From a virus (Duplodnaviria > Caudoviricetes), in the IMG/VR virus record IMGVR_UViG_3300031867_000018, positions 32,001 to 96,000 of that record: a stretch of 64,000 nucleotides of DNA; one strand, written 5' to 3'. The notes under the pieces are model-generated. The model searched no databases. It was not told where the DNA came from and saw only the letters and a program-made list of their open reading frames with translations. The translations under genes and the position numbers were made by a program. Numbering within the stretch: the stretch's first letter is position 1; each line of letters opens with the position of its first letter. This document shows, piece by piece, positions 21,038 to 31,594 of this stretch.

Positions 21038-24000
21038 CCTATAACCCCGTCATTTCGTAAAACATTCATCCATTGACGCTTATCAAATTCTCTTTTACGA
21101 ATATTTTGATAGCTGCTTGTGGGTGTATAGAATCCGACTACCCTTGAATATGTATCTGCGATTGCTTCTCCGCAAACAGGGCACATCTTTTCTGAGATGA
21201 ATGCGTGTTTATGCACACATGTGCTAATTTTTGTCGTGAAAGCAAAATATATAACTCCTTGAGACGCAACATAATTAAGCATATCCCATGCAGTTTCTTC
21301 ATTTGGAAACCTGTTTTCAATATTGATATGAGCTATGCAACCACCACCACATTTTTTATCAAATAAAGAGCCTACTCTACACTTCTCCTGAATAGTGCAT
21401 TTCTCCATTAAAGGAATCCACTGATTCGAGTAGATAAAGTATTTGTTTTGTTCAAATAACAGATTATCCGCCTTACACATAACACCAGCACAGTTTTCAG
21501 CAGGTATCATTTCAATGTTAAAAGTAAAATCACACTCAAAATTGTCTTTTACCTCGTTCATAATATCAAGAATTTTAGTTGTAAATGCGATAGCTTCATC
21601 AGAATAACTTTTACAACCTATCTCATCTGTATTTATTAAACCAAACAAATCCATTACTTCGTATATTCCAATACCACCGATTGTACAGAATTGCTTGTCT
21701 AATTCTACTGCGCCGTCACAATAATTAGGAAGCAAACCCTTTTCAATATTACGCTTAATAATATGGCGCATAGAAGACAATGCTTTACAATCAAGTAAAA
21801 CTCTTTTCTTTAATATCTGTAAGTATTTTGATTGATTAAATTCGCTTTCATAAGCAATGCGCACAAGGTTAATTGTACTTACTCTGCACGATCCAACCGA
21901 AAGAGCAGTTCCACCTATTGAATTAATAAAAGCGTCAAGTTTCTGAGTATCGCTTAATAAACGACAACAATTGGATAATACACCAACATTATCACTTACA
22001 AAGAAGTTACTATCTGACCATTTGATATTATGGTTTGAACACCAACGAGCAAAATCTTCGTCTGCAAACTTGCCGTCTTTGTAAAGTAGTGAATATGTTA
22101 ATACGGGGTATGTAAACATATTAATTTCCCTTGTTTCACTTACAACTTCCATGAAGATTTTTTGACATTCTATCAAATCTTCAATGTGGTCGATAGCAAG
22201 GGTGTTATCAGGAAACTCTACTCCACCGAAAAGAGATTCAAGGTAAGGTCTATCAAATATAGACACATTTGTAACCTTTGTATTCGCAACGGTTCGCTAC
22301 GCCGTTACCGCCCATTAAGGGCTGCTCTATGTCACCATAGAGAGTAGACTATATCACAAACTGTTAAAAACAGTTTCCTTGCACTTCCACCGTCAATCGC
22401 TTACGGTGTACTCCCTTGCGGGATAGTCGTTGAACCTTCCTCATTAGAAGCTTGGCTGCTAATTGTCTTATGTCTTTTATAATTATGTATTTTAAATAAG
22501 TGGCAATCTTTACAATAAGTAATCAAGTTATTATCGTCAAGGAATCTGCTATCTTGAACGATAATTTTATATAAAGCTATCCGTTCATCTATTGTATTTA
22601 TATCATGCTCAGGATGTTCTTTAATTATTTCCTTAATAATATCAGAAAAATGCTTAATATGATGAATGTGTAAGATGGTGTGGGTAGCTCCGCATAATTG
22701 ACAAGTATAATTATCTCTTTTAGCTATTTTAGGCACTTGATTTACTGTAAAATATTCTCTCAATAACAAATATAATGGAGTAATCCCACCTTGCCAATTA
22801 GGATGATTTTCTCCTGTCATTAGCCCTATTTTTGATTCGGAATTATTCATCGTTTCAAGACCCAATCTGTGCATTTGTCTTCGTACTGTACCTGCGTCTA
22901 TTCCGTACATATCTCCTATAGCTTTGCAAGTTAAATGTTGATTCCAGTGCAAGTCGTTCATTTTGTCAATGTTTAACAAATCGGGATGTATTTCTTTGCC
23001 ATTATAATTAAATTGAGCTTCCGACATTCCTCTTGTTTTAATACCTGACTTGGTTAAATATCTGCGGATTGTTCCATTATCGGTATTAAAAAGTAAGCCT
23101 ATTTTATAAGCAGATAACCCTTCGTCACAGTATAACTCAATTATTTTTTGTATTTCATCATCTGTAAATTTATAATGTCGATTTTGCTTAATGATTTGAA
23201 TGCCGTTCTTTTTAAGATTATTATGAATAGCGTCATAAGATACTTTATTTTCTTTGGCTATCTGAGAAACAGACTTGCCTAATTCAACATGATTGTGATA
23301 TAAATATTCATATAATTCATGCTGTTTCTTTTTTCTAACGTGTTTGGTTATAGGTTTGGAAATTTTATGTTTTAACAACCACTGTTGAATTGTATTTTGT
23401 TTACATCCATATTCCTCTGCAATATCTTTAGTACGGCGATCTTTGACTACATACTCTTCATATAACCAATCTTTATCCATCCACGGTTTTTCTCCAGTAT
23501 AACGATTTTTAGGATAATTCATTTAAACACCTCCTTTATTTTATATTCTATTTTTTTATAAGACATAAGATTTTTCAGCAATTCACAAGGTTTGCTATGG
23601 CGGTCGCCCACCATAGGCGCAAACATTTACGCACTTTGGTCAATTCTTAAAAACGGTTGATTTAAACGGAATATCAGCTTTTGAAACTGCTGCCTTAAAT
23701 AATAGTCGGGATTTTTCATATAATATCCGTCTTCACAGTCTTTCTTCCAAAAATACCACGCCCAAATAAGGATATTCGGCATACCCACAGCTCCCGATTG
23801 GCGGTTAGATAAGAAAGAAACAAACTCTATCACATCGTCAAAATATGTTGTTAAATGCTTGGGCGGCTGATTATTGTAGTTTTCAAGAAAAAACAAACCT
23901 TCCGTTGCCAATCTTGTAAAATCATTTGCCCAACAATAAGGGAAATAACTTGCAGTTGTGCTGTCATTCAAATAAAAGCCACGACTAAATTCTTGTTCCA

Positions 24001-24313
24001 ACCACTGCTTTGCGGTTCTTAGCCCCCACATCTTCTTGATTTCGGTAAAAATCTTATTTAACCCAAACAGTTTATCTTCACTTTTGCCTTTTTCACTCAT
24101 AAAACTACGAATGTCTTTGTGATTTGCGTTAGCGTTTGGGTCAACGGAAGCGTCAGCAACGGTATCTTTGTCTATAAAGTTTTCAATAAACTCAGAGAAG
24201 TCAAGTTGATTTGGGTGAACCCCATTAATATACTCAAAATCTTCTCCATATTTCTTTTTTAGGTCTTCAAGACAACGCTCGAAGTCTTTCGATAATTTTA
24301 ATTGTATTTCCAT
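21034..24313 (-). CDS. nrdD: Class III anaerobic ribonucleotide reductase, two exons (24313-23629 joined to 22274-21034)
   Basis: Spliced join reads RIDQSA-F-TNVSIFDRPY; SNCCRL, IPAE and SRVVGFY glycyl-radical motifs; no ATP cone evident. Confidence 0.92.
22275..23628 (-). mobile_element. Group I intron in nrdD
   Basis: 5' exon ends in U, intron ends in G; core elements GAAUUGCUGAAAA (P), AAUUAGCAGCC (Q), UCAACGACUA (R), GAUAUAGUC (S). Confidence 0.9.
22401..23522 (-). CDS. Intron-encoded HNH homing endonuclease with tandem HTH repeats
   Basis: GENHPNWQGG, RDNYTCQLCG, LHIHHIK, NLITYCKDCH; four HTH-like repeats. Confidence 0.88.
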   Translation of the reverse strand: MNYPKNRYTGEKPWMDKDWLYEEYVVKDRRTKDIAEEYGCKQNTIQQWLLKHKISKPITKHVRKKKQHELYEYLYHNHVELGKSVSQIAKENKVSYDAIHNNLKKNGIQIIKQNRHYKFTDDEIQKIIELYCDEGLSAYKIGLLFNTDNGTIRRYLTKSGIKTRGMSEAQFNYNGKEIHPDLLNIDKMNDLHWNQHLTCKAIGDMYGIDAGTVRRQMHRLGLETMNNSESKIGLMTGENHPNWQGGITPLYLLLREYFTVNQVPKIAKRDNYTCQLCGATHTILHIHHIKHFSDIIKEIIKEHPEHDINTIDERIALYKIIVQDSRFLDDNNLITYCKDCHLFKIHNYKRHKTISSQASNEEGSTTIPQGSTP

Positions 24314-24322
24314 ATGTGCCTC

Positions 24323-24526
24323 CTACTGTTCGTTTATCCATTTTGTTGCTGTTGAAAAATCCATTAATTCGCCGTTGACCGCCAGCATAGGAACCGAGGA
24401 GATACCCAAATCAAGCATTGTTTCAACATTGTCATTTTCGGTGTAAGTTATCTGTTTGTTATTCAGCTTCTTCTTTAGCACCTCACATCTTGAACATCCC
24501 GTTGAATACAATATAATTTCTGACAT
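24323..24526 (-). CDS. nrdH: Glutaredoxin-like redoxin NrdH
   Basis: LYSTGCSRC..LKKKL..SVPML; directly upstream of nrdD. Confidence 0.8.
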   Translation of the reverse strand: MSEIILYSTGCSRCEVLKKKLNNKQITYTENDNVETMLDLGISSVPMLAVNGELMDFSTATKWINEQ

Positions 24527-24635
24527 AAACTCACCTCTTTGAAATATAGTATCTATATAAACGCTATTGCGGAATTGAAAGGAATTTATGGGCAGATTGT
24601 TATTCTCTGCCGTTGAGCCATTTCAGGCATTGTAT

Positions 24636-25202
24636 TTAATGGAATAAAAGTTGAAATATTTGCATAGATTTATTTATGTTTTTATATGTTTCTGGGAAGT
24701 CATTCCAACTATCTATTGTAGATAACATTTTGCCCCATTTATTATTTTGATTCCAAGGTTTTGAAAATAGTACAGTATATCTACAAGATGATTTGTTTAA
24801 ATGTTCTATACAATCATCAATAAGAATATCTCCTGCGACCATACCTTTATCATGACAGATTATCAGCTTGTCCGAATGATAGAACGGAAAATGTTTTTGT
24901 AACCACTTATGTTTAGGTAAAACTGATTTTGGGTGTGCCGCTGTTAAGAAATAAACATCGTTATCTTGTGATAACTCCGTTAGAACTTCGACTGCACCAT
25001 TATTAACCTGTAAATTTTCAATCAAATCGTCCGACATAAATTCCTTAAAAATATCGGAACATTCGGGTTTTAAAAATTTATGAATATTATATTCAGTGAT
25101 ATCATCTGTAGTAATGTCATCTTGATATTTAGCATTATAAATTGGAAGTATAGTTTCAATGAGATTGTTAAGTGTTTCGTCTATATCAACCAGAATTTTC
25201 AT
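24636..25202 (-). CDS. 5'(3')-deoxyribonucleotidase (HAD, NT5C family)
   Basis: ILVDIDETL, K..WL.KHFPF, DILIDD, PWN. Confidence 0.85.
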   Translation of the reverse strand: MKILVDIDETLNNLIETILPIYNAKYQDDITTDDITEYNIHKFLKPECSDIFKEFMSDDLIENLQVNNGAVEVLTELSQDNDVYFLTAAHPKSVLPKHKWLQKHFPFYHSDKLIICHDKGMVAGDILIDDCIEHLNKSSCRYTVLFSKPWNQNNKWGKMLSTIDSWNDFPETYKNINKSMQIFQLLFH

Positions 25203-25232
25203 ATTATCACCACCTATTAATATCTTAATTTT

Positions 25233-26000
25233 TTAATTATCAAGATTGATATTCAGCCATCTTTTACCCTTCCAATATTTCCACTGCAAATTTCCCCCCG
25301 ATATTCGTGTTTCAATTTCTTCAATATTGCCTTGTGCTAATAAGAAGTTTCTGTATTTTTGCTTTAATTCATTAGTACACGGTAGTTGTGATAAAGTGTG
25401 TAGTATCTGTTCATAAGACCAATCAAAATCGGACAATTTGCTTTGTCTATATAATTCGTCTTCGTATTCCTTTACAGCAGCCTTCGCTTCTTCGTAAGTA
25501 CCGTAAACATCCCAGTAATTAAGCGATGTATGTTCAGGTTTTCCTAAATCTGTAAATCTATCTACGATTCTCCAACCTTCCTTTTTGTCGATTTCTGTGT
25601 CTAAGGTTATGTGGCAATTATCTTGAACATTGACTAAAATACCCTTTTTATATAAATCAAGAATAAGATCGGGGGTTTTTATATAGTTGCTCGGTATAGA
25701 TTTTAAGATTTCTCTACCTTTTTTTACGCTTTCTTCATCGATAGACCATAGTACTGTATCATAAGACCATCCTTTGGGGAGTTTCTTCCAACGTGAAGGT
25801 ATGTGATTATTTACAAAATCTTTATAGGGTATTCCGTCAATAGTTCTGACATCAATCAATTCTATTAATTGCAAACAAACTGTTTTGGGATAATGATCTT
25901 CGATAATGCCGTAATTGATATATTTTTTATTGTCGCGTGTCTCAAGAAAATAAACAACACTGCCTATTGGGTAATTTCGAGGATTCCATATTGTGTTCAA
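25233..26000 (-). CDS. Hypothetical phage protein
   Basis: 255-aa ORF, GGAG RBS. Confidence 0.6.
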   Translation of the reverse strand: MNTIWNPRNYPIGSVVYFLETRDNKKYINYGIIEDHYPKTVCLQLIELIDVRTIDGIPYKDFVNNHIPSRWKKLPKGWSYDTVLWSIDEESVKKGREILKSIPSNYIKTPDLILDLYKKGILVNVQDNCHITLDTEIDKKEGWRIVDRFTDLGKPEHTSLNYWDVYGTYEEAKAAVKEYEDELYRQSKLSDFDWSYEQILHTLSQLPCTNELKQKYRNFLLAQGNIEEIETRISGGNLQWKYWKGKRWLNINLDN

Positions 26001-26017
26001 TTATTTACATCTCCCTT

Positions 26018-26506
26018 TTAGTCTATATAAGTTTCTTTTATTTCTTCTCCGAAAATTTCAAGAGCTTTTTCAGCAAGTTCTTCGCTTGAAAACCATATTT
26101 CATATGTATTGACATATGTATGTTCACCTATCACAAAATCATGAATTTCTTCGTCATAATAAATATGATATTTCTGCTGTTCCATATTAGTCCAATCAAT
26201 CTTATCGTTATGCTCATCAGCCCATCTTTGCATACGAAGCATAAGACTTACACGTTTTGCCATTTTTTCGCCAAGGTGAAAATCAGAAAAATAATTCCCG
26301 CTTTTATACGATTCCTCGTCTGTCGTATCGGAATTTTCGAAGTCTAATTTTAAACTACAATCATAGGCTATAAAGTAGTACTGATTACCCGGCTGAACCC
26401 TCTCCCAGCCTGTTTTTTTCTTTTCTTCTATTCCCAAAGTTTTAGCTTGTTCATCTGTCAATTCAATATCAACACTCTTGCCATTTGCTGTAATTGTTGC
26501 TTTCAT
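26018..26506 (-). CDS. Hypothetical phage protein
   Basis: ATG (MKATIT) after GGAGG RBS. Confidence 0.6.
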   Translation of the reverse strand: MKATITANGKSVDIELTDEQAKTLGIEEKKKTGWERVQPGNQYYFIAYDCSLKLDFENSDTTDEESYKSGNYFSDFHLGEKMAKRVSLMLRMQRWADEHNDKIDWTNMEQQKYHIYYDEEIHDFVIGEHTYVNTYEIWFSSEELAEKALEIFGEEIKETYID

Positions 26507-26520
26507 ATTCCTACCTCCGT

Positions 26521-26817
26521 TATTCAGAATCAATCTCTTCAAATATCTGTTTTGCTACTTTTGTTTTTGATAGCCTAAATGCTAACTTTTCTGCTGCGGC
26601 GTTTATAATTTCATCTTTATGTGTTTCAAAAAAGTTATCAAAATTCTGACGAATCCAATTTTGAAAACCTCTTTCAGAATCAAAAATATGAGAACGGAAA
26701 GCTTGCTCTATATCTCTTGTTAATTTTTCAATAACACGGTTTTCTGCTGTCGCTTCAAGTTTTTTGTTTTACTGCATTGTCATCAAAGTTAAAAGCTACA
26801 TTGATAATGTGTTCCAT
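26521..26817 (-). pseudogene. Hypothetical ORF broken by an extra A in the A-run at ~26760
   Basis: MEHIINVAFNFDDNAVKQK then frame change to LEATAENRVIEKL...; AGGAG RBS. Confidence 0.5.
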
Positions 26818-26830
26818 ACTTTATTCTCCT

Positions 26831-27364
26831 TTATATATTTTCTTCTATCGCTAAATTTCTTATTTCTTGTGCTGTTAATCTACTATCCTCGTTAATAATA
26901 GAATAACTCGCTATGTATTGAACATTTTCAAAAGCATCGGAATCGTACTGCTTGCGGCTTCTTATTGCCTCTATATTATCACCTCTACCTTTCATTCTTT
27001 CTTCTCTGACATTTTCAGGGACATATAAATACACTATTATATATTCTTTATTGCCTTTATAGTGATTTATAAAATATTGTATCCCTAATAGATCAATCAC
27101 ATACACATCCGATTGGTCTACTTGTTGACTTGTACCACAATACCTATAACCGTTGTATTTTGTATAAGCGACCATATCTTCGGGTTTTATATTGTCAAAC
27201 TCTTCTTCGGTAATGAAGATATGTCCTGTTTCACCCTCAAATCTCGGTGGACGTGTTGTGTATGATTGCAGTTGTTTCATACCGTATATATCTTCAAGGA
27301 GTGTGGCAACGGTTGTTTTGCCGCTACCCGACTCTCCACAAAGTAGGATTATTTTGTTATTCAT
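26831..27364 (-). CDS. gmk: Guanylate kinase-like protein
   Basis: GESGSGKT P-loop, SYTTRPPR, YNGYRYC. Confidence 0.85.
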   Translation of the reverse strand: MNNKIILLCGESGSGKTTVATLLEDIYGMKQLQSYTTRPPRFEGETGHIFITEEEFDNIKPEDMVAYTKYNGYRYCGTSQQVDQSDVYVIDLLGIQYFINHYKGNKEYIIVYLYVPENVREERMKGRGDNIEAIRSRKQYDSDAFENVQYIASYSIINEDSRLTAQEIRNLAIEENI

Positions 27365-27481
27365 TTCGTATCTCCATTTCTGCCTTATGTTTATTTATTC
27401 TGTCTTGTGCAAGTTCAAAGTGGGATTCGTCAAGCTCTATATCAACAAAGTTACGATTAGTGTTTTGGAATAAGATTTATG

Positions 27482-28066
27482 TTATACAACATAATTTTCA
27501 TATACCATTTTCACCCATTCTTTAAATTCGTTTTGTGTCATTGTGTGTTTAGCAATATTACATTTACAACAACAAGTTACCACATTGTTATTTTCATATC
27601 CTTTACTGCTATCAATTCTATCTATGCCATTAATTTTTACAACCGTATCACTTATCTTTCCTTTTGATTTCATCTCATTGTATCTATCTTCCAAAATTCT
27701 TGAGTATTCTATATCACAATAATAGCATCTCATTTTTGATAGTTTACAAAACTCATCAAAAGAAATAATCTCTGAAAAGCCTTTGTTCTTATTTCTTCTT
27801 TTTAAGTGTGAGTACTGAATTTTTAATATAGCAATTTCTCTATTTTCGTTTCTCTTGAATTTATTCTTCTCAACAAATTCTTTTTTAAAGCAACCACAAC
27901 TTTTAGATTTTCCAGAACGTAACGATTCTCCTGTTACAATATGTTCGTTCCCGCAATCACATTTACATAAATATTTTAATTGTCCTTTATTCCCTTTTTC
28001 ATCTAATAGTTTGATAACTAACAATTTACCGTATCTATTTCCAATAATATCTTTTATTTTTGCGAT
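27482..28066 (-). CDS. Free-standing HNH-type homing endonuclease
   Basis: GNRYGKLLV, CKCDCGN, KSCGC, GIDRIDSSKGY..NVVTCC.KCNIAK; probable ATC start at 28066. Confidence 0.75.
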   Translation of the reverse strand: MAKIKDIIGNRYGKLLVIKLLDEKGNKGQLKYLCKCDCGNEHIVTGESLRSGKSKSCGCFKKEFVEKNKFKRNENREIAILKIQYSHLKRRNKNKGFSEIISFDEFCKLSKMRCYYCDIEYSRILEDRYNEMKSKGKISDTVVKINGIDRIDSSKGYENNNVVTCCCKCNIAKHTMTQNEFKEWVKMVYENYVV

Positions 28067-28116
28067 TAAATCATCTCCTATGTATTCATGTATAATTAGT
28101 CATAGATAGTAAACCA

Positions 28117-28359
28117 TTATAAGTAAGTAGCTATAGTCTCAAATAAAGTCATATCCGCATTAGGTATATTCTCTGTTTCGGGAGCGGGATATACCTCAAT
28201 AGGCTTTCCAAGGTCAAGGCTGAAAATACCCATGATAGATTTTGCGTCTATTGTGTATCTGCCGTTGCTCATAAGTACAGCAAATGGTACTTTCTGAATA
28301 TCGTTGACAAAAGATTTAACTTTGTCTATAGTGTTGATGTTAATTATATATTTTGTCAT
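28117..28359 (-). CDS. HPr-family phosphocarrier-like protein lacking the His15 motif
   Basis: IDAKSIMGIFSL (Ser46 motif); no His in the protein. Confidence 0.8.
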   Translation of the reverse strand: MTKYIININTIDKVKSFVNDIQKVPFAVLMSNGRYTIDAKSIMGIFSLDLGKPIEVYPAPETENIPNADMTLFETIATYL

Positions 28360-28360
28360 A

Positions 28361-28993
28361 TTAGTTCTCCTTTACTTCAATATCCGAAAACAGTACAGGT
28401 AATTTTTCTTTAAACTCTTTCAAAATCATATTGGCAATCTCTCTCATAGATGGATGTGCTGCGGAAGATGTACGGAGTTTAAAGAAATGTCGCCACTCTC
28501 TGATATTCATTGTAACAACGATTTCGGTTTTGGTGCTGTTAGGTAGAATCACTCTTGCTTCTTCGGGTTTAGCTCCCTTTTTTATCAAACCAAAATATAC
28601 GCTTTCAAGAAGTTTCATCGTTGCAGACCAATCGTTATATTGGTCTGAATGCTCATTCCAAAAACAAGGTTTAATAAAAGTTAATTCATTGTCAAATTTA
28701 TCGTTGGTGTAGTTGCAATATCTTTGAGATTCTTGACTATACGATGCTATCCTATGTCTTACAATTTCGTGACTTACTGCCCTATCGCAAATAATTCGTA
28801 CCGTCACTTTCTCGTGTTCCAATACACTTTCGTGACCTCGTTTGATGATGCCTGCGATAAATTTTTCGGCAGAACCTTCACCGATTTTATCTTCGGATTT
28901 ATAACAAGTGCGCCCTGCGGCTTCGATTGTTTTCATAATTGTTTCCGGGTTAAAATAACCCTCGATTTTAAAACTCGGTTTAACTATTTTCAT
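28361..28993 (-). CDS. thyX: FAD-dependent thymidylate synthase
   Basis: GHESVLEH and RHRIASYSQESQRY motifs. Confidence 0.95.
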   Translation of the reverse strand: MKIVKPSFKIEGYFNPETIMKTIEAAGRTCYKSEDKIGEGSAEKFIAGIIKRGHESVLEHEKVTVRIICDRAVSHEIVRHRIASYSQESQRYCNYTNDKFDNELTFIKPCFWNEHSDQYNDWSATMKLLESVYFGLIKKGAKPEEARVILPNSTKTEIVVTMNIREWRHFFKLRTSSAAHPSMREIANMILKEFKEKLPVLFSDIEVKEN

Positions 28994-28995
28994 TG

Positions 28996-29760
28996 TTACC
29001 TCCTACTTGTATATTCTCTATTCTTTCTTTGGCTATGTTGAAATAATGCTCGTCCAATTCGATACCGATGAAACGGCGGTTGAGCTTTTTGGCAGCTACA
29101 CCTGTACTGCCAGCCCCCCATATAATTATCAAGAACGATATTATTTTCTTTTGTATAGGTCTTGATTAAATATTCAAGTAATGACATAGGCTTTTCTGTC
29201 GGATGTAGTTTCTTTGCGGGTGTGCTGAATTGTAAAATAGATATAGGCATCTTATCTTCATATAATTTATAGTTGTTAGCTGTTTTGTATGTATGTAATA
29301 AGTTATTACTGCCATATATTTTCACATTTGCCTTGCGTGGAGTTTCTCTTTTCTCTTTGATTGGAAAATAATTTATTTTTACGCCGTTTTTTGTATAACA
29401 GGCTTTAGCTTTGCTGAACACCATTATATTTTCTTGAACTCTACCCGGCTGATAATTCATTAACTGAAAATTGCTTGGTTTTTGTTTTTGCCATACCCAA
29501 TCATACCTATACATTTCAAGGTTTGATGTTCTTAGTAAACTGCTGAATGGTTCTTGCCCGAAAAGTACGATACACGCATTATCTTTTATAATACGTTTGT
29601 ACTGATTCCACAATTGGTCAAAAGATATATTGCAATCCCACTTGCAAGCAGTTATTCCGTAAGGCGGATCGCATAGCACCAAATCAATCGACTTATCAGG
29701 TATCTTCTTCATCAGTTCAAGGCAATCGCCTTGCCATAATTCAATATTATTAATAAACAA
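28996..29760 (-). pseudogene. N6-A/N4-C DNA methyltransferase (beta class), frameshifted in G6 tract at 29114-29119
   Basis: DPPY, HPTEKP; removing one G restores DNYMGAGSTGVAAKKLNRRFIGIELD. Confidence 0.8.
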
Positions 29761-29811
29761 CGCCTCTCAATAATTTGTTATCAACACCTCAACATCTTTG
29801 CTGCGGTCTAT

Positions 29812-30627
29812 TTATTCTTCATTCTGTATCAACATCTTTTCGCTTGCTTGTTTGTAAAATTCCTTTGACACTTCAAATCCATAACAATCTCTACCTAATT
29901 CCTGACAAGCTCTCAATGTTGTACCTGAACCTGCTACGGGGTCAATTACAACATCTCCTTCGTCTGTAAAAATTTCAATCAGTTTCTTTAAAGTATTGAC
30001 AGGTTTCTGTGCAGGATGTATCTTTGGAATATCTTTGCCGTCTTTCTCCCAATTAAACCAGTTAAAAATCATTTTACCTGTACCTCTAATCGTTTTACCG
30101 TTTTCATCGGTCTGCGCACCGTTTCTGAATTTCGGCAGCTTATCACGGTACAGAATCAAAGCGTATTCTGTTGCTCCTACGACACGCATATTTGCTTTAA
30201 GCACCTGTGGACTGTAGTTTTTGATAAACACAAGTGGGATATTATGTTTAAATCCGTGTTTTTCGGCATATTTAATTACCATTGGCATTTGCTCAAAGGA
30301 ACAAAAAACTATCATACACGGTGCGTCACTGCTTCGACCTCTCGCACCTGCTTTTTTTGGTTCTTTCTTTAAAAGCCTGTTGCAGAAATGGAAGTATTCA
30401 GCGATATTGAAGTTAAAATCGGTGTTAAATGCTGCTTTGCCTGCTAATTTACTTTCACCATTCTTATTGTCTCCGCCGTTATACCACATAGGGTTACTGC
30501 CATAGAAGTTAGTTCCGACATTATAGGGAATGTCGGCGATTACAAGCTGCGCTCTTGGAATACCATATCTTTTGTAGTTCTGAAAATTATCGTTATAAAG
30601 TTTACATTTTGACATTTTGTTTTTCAC
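29812..30627 (-). CDS. N6-A/N4-C DNA methyltransferase (beta class)
   Basis: DIPY, HPAQKP, DPVAGSGTT. Confidence 0.9.
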   Translation of the reverse strand: MKNKMSKCKLYNDNFQNYKRYGIPRAQLVIADIPYNVGTNFYGSNPMWYNGGDNKNGESKLAGKAAFNTDFNFNIAEYFHFCNRLLKKEPKKAGARGRSSDAPCMIVFCSFEQMPMVIKYAEKHGFKHNIPLVFIKNYSPQVLKANMRVVGATEYALILYRDKLPKFRNGAQTDENGKTIRGTGKMIFNWFNWEKDGKDIPKIHPAQKPVNTLKKLIEIFTDEGDVVIDPVAGSGTTLRACQELGRDCYGFEVSKEFYKQASEKMLIQNEE

Positions 30628-30821
30628 TAGAAAGGCAGAAATTTCTCTTAGGTCGCGACACCTTTGTCCTTTCTTTAGAATTTATAAAATGAGATTTCTA
30701 TTCGGTCAATTATCAAACCGGAATTCTTTTGCAAATATCTCCAGTTGTTTCGTCAGGAAGTTTGGGTATTAACTTAATTTTGCCTGTATAAGAAACTATC
30801 TCACTCATTTTATGTACTCCT

Positions 30822-31577
30822 TTACTTTAAATTTGGGAATTGTGATTTCAACACATCTATAATATGAAATTGCTGAATTTTTCTCATAGCAATACAATTC
30901 AAATAACCTCGCCAATCAAAATTTGATAAATATTCTATTATTTCAGACTTCATATCTTCGTTATGTATCTTAATTTTATATTCTGCGGAATAATTCTCTC
31001 CGTCTTTTAATATCTTTCCTGCTGTTCCGTCACCCCAGTGACACATACGAATATCAAACTCTTTGTCAGCATATCCTTTACTATCTTGCCGATATATAGA
31101 TATGTCTTTGAGTTTTGCGGTTGGTTTCTTGTTTAATTCTCCCTGTACAGGTCTTCGATAAATATTAAAGCAACAATGTAATTCTCTGTCGGTGTAGGTA
31201 TGCTTGTCCAAATCTTCGCTATAAATCAAGTCAAACTCATACATTGAATGAGTATTGTTTAGTTGACTGATAGGAAGTATAAAAGCTATATAAATTGAAA
31301 ACGGCGGGTTTGTTACAATAATATCCCATTTGTCTGGCTGGTATGTAAAGAAATCTTGCCCTTCCTCTATACAACTTCTGACTACTTGATACCCCCCCAT
31401 TTTTAAACTGCGGTAAAAAGCCGACCACTCTGCATCACAAGGGCTCCAAATTATCTTGTCTTTTGGCAAATATTTTAAAATTGGTTCTACCGCATAATAT
31501 GGAGTGTACGATTCATCGGCTTTTGCAGATTTATCGCTGGTTAAATAGCCTATATTTAATGCCAATTTATCACTCAC
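30822..31577 (-). CDS. Adenine DNA methyltransferase-like protein, apparently chimeric, G7 tract in frame
   Basis: DESYTP, IIWSPCD, IVTNPPFS; G7 at 31392-31398. Confidence 0.65.
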   Translation of the reverse strand: MSDKLALNIGYLTSDKSAKADESYTPYYAVEPILKYLPKDKIIWSPCDAEWSAFYRSLKMGGYQVVRSCIEEGQDFFTYQPDKWDIIVTNPPFSIYIAFILPISQLNNTHSMYEFDLIYSEDLDKHTYTDRELHCCFNIYRRPVQGELNKKPTAKLKDISIYRQDSKGYADKEFDIRMCHWGDGTAGKILKDGENYSAEYKIKIHNEDMKSEIIEYLSNFDWRGYLNCIAMRKIQQFHIIDVLKSQFPNLK

Positions 31578-31594
31578 CTTACTTTTATCAGCAT

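Noticed and set aside
24595-24630. tRNA gene (GCCTGAAATGGCTCAACGGCAGAG resembles a D-arm)
   Set aside because: No anticodon arm, T-arm or acceptor complement follows. No tRNA is supported in this window.
27365-28116. Group I intron around the second HNH gene
   Set aside because: No P/Q/R/S core elements and no matching upstream exon; treated as free-standing.
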